This document shows, piece after piece, positions 38,589-39,613 of a DNA stretch of 39,613 nt. This stretch comes from Bdellovibrionales bacterium (GTDB taxonomy: Archaea; Nanobdellota; Nanobdellia; Woesearchaeales; UBA583). Each line of letters starts with the position of its first letter. Positions within the stretch are counted from its first letter, which is position 1. A program made the translations under genes and the position numbers. The DNA lies in contig CAXPJQ010000047.1 of assembly GCA_964217375.1 (NCBI GenBank), forward strand, positions 1 through 39,613. Direction: 5' to 3'. The notes beneath the pieces were generated by a model that was not told where the DNA came from, searched no databases, and was given only the letters and a program-made list of their open reading frames with translations.

Positions 38589-38653
38589 TTAATTTACTTA
38601 TTTTATTCTAAAAACACATTAAATTTATATATTGAGTTTCTATAAATTTTATT

Positions 38654-39328
38654 ATGAAAGATAGTATTTTTCTAAAAAATGTAATATTTGGAGATATAAC
38701 CAATATTATTAAAAAATCAACTCAAGGAAAAAAAATAAATACTGAAATGAATTCTTTTTTTAACAATCTAGAGAAATATCTTGGGCGAAATATTCCTGAT
38801 TATCAAAAGAACTTCATAAATGGATTAATACAAAAATATTTAGAAGAAAAAAAAAGTTCAAATTTAGAAGAAACTATTCAATTTTTAAAAAATTTTTATT
38901 CTATACACCAAAGAGCTCTAGACGATTTCTACAAAGGTGAAGAGAAAGAAACATTAGAATTAATACTTAATTTAATAAAAGAATATTTTGAAAAAATAAA
39001 AACTAAAAAAAATGATTCAGAAAAATATAAAAATAGTTCATATAAAGATTTTTTAGAAGAAACTGGTTTGTCTGATACAGAAATAGTTAAAGAGATATAT
39101 GTAAAAATTGATAAAATAATCTCAGATAATGAAAAAAATATTCAAAAAGAAGGAATATTATTTATTGAAAAAAATAAATCTTACTTAATAGAAAATATTA
39201 CTAAAGAAGAATTAAATAAACATCCAGTCCATACTTCTTCTGAAGAGATTGTAGAATCTCAAGATAACTATAGAACAATTTCAAACACAATACTTGAATG
39301 GTTTATAAAAAAAATAAAAGAAAATTAA
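38654..39328 (+). CDS. Hypothetical protein
   Basis: 224-aa charged ORF with an upstream TTTATATA box; no recognised motif. Confidence 0.65.
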   Translation: MKDSIFLKNVIFGDITNIIKKSTQGKKINTEMNSFFNNLEKYLGRNIPDYQKNFINGLIQKYLEEKKSSNLEETIQFLKNFYSIHQRALDDFYKGEEKETLELILNLIKEYFEKIKTKKNDSEKYKNSSYKDFLEETGLSDTEIVKEIYVKIDKIISDNEKNIQKEGILFIEKNKSYLIENITKEELNKHPVHTSSEEIVESQDNYRTISNTILEWFIKKIKEN

Positions 39329-39613
39329 TTTGATGAAGAAATAGATTTTGAAGCCTCATTTAATCTAACAACAGAATAATCTCCATCTCTGTTGTCAATT
39401 ACAACTTCATTTCCTGCTAAGACAACTCCTTCTCTTACAATGTATGCTGAACCTGTTGAATCTAGAACAACAACTTGACCATTAGCACTAAATTCACTTA
39501 CAAATTTATCTGAAATAATTACTTTATTTGATTTAACTTCTTTAGTTCCTGAACTAAGTTCAACTAATTCATTACTTGAAACTGAAACTGTATTTAAGTT
39601 TTCAGATGAAACA
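39325..39613 (-). CDS. C-terminal part of a hypothetical beta-rich protein (start outside the window)
   Basis: Open frame to the window end: ...VSSENLNTVSVSSNELVELSSGTKEVK...GQVVVLDSTGSAYIVREGVVLAGNEVVIDNRDGDYSVVRLNEASKSISSSN*. Confidence 0.7.
   Translation of the reverse strand, partial: VSSENLNTVSVSSNELVELSSGTKEVKSNKVIISDKFVSEFSANGQVVVLDSTGSAYIVREGVVLAGNEVVIDNRDGDYSVVRLNEASKSISSSN

Noticed and set aside
1-39613. CRISPR array, tRNA, rRNA, TGA recoding
   Set aside because: No spaced repeats or GC-rich cloverleaf seen by eye; TGA clearly terminates genes and long ORFs read through under code 11

Overview
Very AT-rich archaeal chromosome segment. It carries aRF1, eL15, eS8, archaeal-type TpiA, TruD, and TATA boxes about 21-25 nt upstream of many start codons. 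Gene style suggests a DPANN (Woesearchaeota/Pacearchaeota-like) organism, which is an inference. In order: (1) MarR + LolD/MacB-type ABC export operon with a COG1361-like surface protein; (2) MFS transporter; (3) two CdpB-like PRC-barrel genes flanking a membrane protein; (4) tpiA; (5) a five-gene island with a candidate His-Xaa-Asn RiPP precursor, a convergent operon (TPR-rhomboid, Cys-repeat protein, unknown protein) and a DUF4105 gene; (6) aRF1 with NIKD in place of NIKS; (7) an ISH3-like IS that truncates a YdcF/DUF218 gene; (8) an approximately 20 kb mosaic surface-glycan locus with an ADP-heptose module (gmhA, hldE, two GT9), a WbpE/B/D-like trio, rmlB and two unusual fusion proteins; (9) truD, a structured leader, rpl15e and rps8e. 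All calls come from motif recognition by eye; no searches were run.
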